Part shown: one piece after another, positions 62,001 to 64,000 of the stretch
Layout of the letters: every line of letters begins with the position of its first letter
How positions within the stretch are numbered: position 1 is the stretch's first letter
Assembly (NCBI GenBank): GCA_032718475.1
Contig: JAUCBJ010008896.1
Coordinates: 1-64,000, forward strand
Direction: 5' to 3'
DNA from: Nemertoderma westbladi
Lineage: Eukaryota; Animalia; Xenacoelomorpha
DNA length: 64,000 nucleotides
Notes under the pieces: generated by a model
Seen by the model: only the letters and a program-made list of their open reading frames with translations
Databases searched by the model: none
What the model was told of the DNA's origin: nothing
Position numbers and translations under genes: made by a program

Positions 62001-64000
62001 GTCCCAACTCCTCTCTGATCTCCCTACCCCCACTGCTTCCCAACTCCTCTCTGATCTCCCTACCCCCACTGCGTCCCAACTCCTCTCTAATCTCCCTACC
62101 CTCACTGCTTCCCAACTCCTCTCTGATCTCCCTACCCCCACTGCTTCCCAACTCCTCTCTGATCTCCCTACCCCCACTGCTTCCCAACTCCTCTCTAGAT
62201 CTCCCTACCCTCACTGCTTCCCAACTCCTCTCTGATCTCCCTACCCTCACTGCGTCCCAACTCCTCTCTGATCTCCCTACCCCCACTGCTTCCCAACTCC
62301 TCTCTGATCTCCCTACCCTCACTGCGTCCCAACTCCTCTCTGATCTCCCTACCCTCACTGCGTCCCAACTCCTCTCTAGATCTCCCTACCCTCACTGCTT
62401 CCCAACTCCTCTCTGATCTCCCTACCCTCACTGCGTCCCAACTCCTCTCTGATCTCCCTACCCCCACTGCGTCCCAACTCCTCTCTAATCTCCCTACCCT
62501 CACTGCTTCCCAACTCCTCTCTGATCTCCCTACCCCCACTGCTTCCCAACTCCTCTCTGATCTCCCTACCCTCACTGCTTCCCAACTCCTCTCTGATCTC
62601 CCTACCCTCACTGCGTCCCAACTCCTCACTGATCTCCCTACCCTCACTGCGTCCCAACTCCTCTCTGATCTCCCTACCCTCACTGCTTCCCAACTCCTCT
62701 CTGATCTCCCTACCCTCACTGCTTCCCAACTCCTCTCTGATCTCCCTACCCTCACTGCTTCCCAACTCCTCTCTGATCTCCCTACCCCCACTGCTTCCCA
62801 ACTCCTCTCTGATCTCCCTACCCTCACTGCGTCCCAACTCCTCTCTGATCTCCCTACCCCCACTGCTTCCCAACTCCTCTCTGATCTCCCTACCCTCACT
62901 GCGTCCCAACTCCTCACTGATCTCCCTACCCTCACTGCGTCCCAACTCCTCTCTGATCTCCCTACCCCCACTGCTTCCCAACTCCTCTCTGATCTCCCTA
63001 CCCTCACTGCGTCCCAACTCCTCACTGATCTCCCTACCCTCACTGCGTCCCAACTCCTCTCTGATCTCCCTACCCCCACTGCTTCCCAACTCCTCACCGA
63101 TCTCCCTACCCTCACTGCTTCCCAACTCCTCTCTGATCTCCCTACCCTCACTGCTTCCCAACTCCTCTCTGATCTCCCTACCCCCACTGCTTCCCAACTC
63201 CTCTCTGATCTCCCTACCCTCACTGCGTCCCAACTCCTCACCGACCTCCCTATCATCACTGCGTCCCAACTCCTCTCTGACATCCCTACCCTCACTGCTT
63301 CCCAACTCCTCTCTGATCTCCCTACCCTCACTGCTTCCCAACTCCTCTCTGATCTCCCTACCCCCACTGCTTCCCAACTCCTCTCTGATCTCCCTACCCT
63401 CACTGCGTCCCAACTCCTCACCGACCTCCCTATCCTCACTGCGTCCCAACTCCTCACCGACCTCCCTACCCTCACTGCTTCCCAACTCCTCACCGATCTC
63501 CCTACCCTCACTGCATCCCAACTCCTCACCGACCTCCCTACCCTCACTGCTTCCCAACTCCTCTCTGATCTCCCTACCCCCACTGCTTCCCAACTCCTCA
63601 CCGATCTCCCTACCCTCACTGCATCCCAACTCCTCACCGATCTCCCTACCCTCACTACGTCCCAACTCCTCACCGACCTCCCTACCCCCACTGCTTCCCA
63701 ACTCCTCTCTGACCTCCCTACCCCCACTGCTTCCCAACTCCTCACCGATCTCCCTACCCTCACTGCATCCCAACTCCTCACCGATCTCCCTACCCTCACT
63801 GCGTCCCAACTCCTCACCGACCTCCCTACCCTCACTGCTTCCCAACTCCTCTCTGATCTCCCTACCCCCACTGCGTCCCAACTCCTCACCGATCTCCCTA
63901 CCCTCACTGCATCCCAACTCCTCACCGATCTCCCTACCCTCACTACGTCCCAACTCCTCACCGACCTCCCTACCCTCACTGCGTCCCAACTCCTCATCTA
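59020..64000. repeat. 36-bp minisatellite array 2 (more than 135 units, runs to the window end)
   Basis: Same consensus as array 1, but dominated by the GCTT variant and containing 38-bp ctctatgatc units. Confidence 0.97.

Noticed and set aside
59000-63997. ISLPSLLPNSSL mucin/LRR-like ORFs up to 600 aa
   Set aside because: Minisatellite translation. 38-bp units shift the frame repeatedly, and the array lies just after a splice donor.

Overview
AT-rich animal genomic DNA, probably from a marine invertebrate; it is not prokaryotic. Host genes are an intronless SMYD-type methyltransferase (4215-5690, -) and a predicted 3-exon secreted protein with two fibrinogen-related domains (exons 9047-9154, 49679-50614, 51235-51978, all joined in phase 0). 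A duplicate of that gene's first exon and promoter lies at about 58360-59000. The 40.5-kb first intron holds a 36-bp minisatellite, a Kolobok-like MITE and a decayed Polinton/adintovirus-like element (PolB, packaging ATPase, dUTPase). A MULE (itself carrying Helentron-like and piggyBac-like inserts) and a young, intact 18.7-kb BEL/Pao LTR retrotransposon are inserted into the Polinton-like element. The most interesting object is this BEL/Pao element. It has 2182-bp LTRs and no canonical PBS. In the env position it carries a 1144-aa ORF resembling a DEDDy (WRN/EXD/MUT-7-like) 3'-5' exonuclease plus three CCHC knuckles. A colinear series of long-range complementary segments with G-U wobbles brackets gag-pol between a candidate splice donor and acceptor, suggesting RNA-structure-guided expression of the extra ORF. 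All family assignments come from motif recognition by eye, not database searches.
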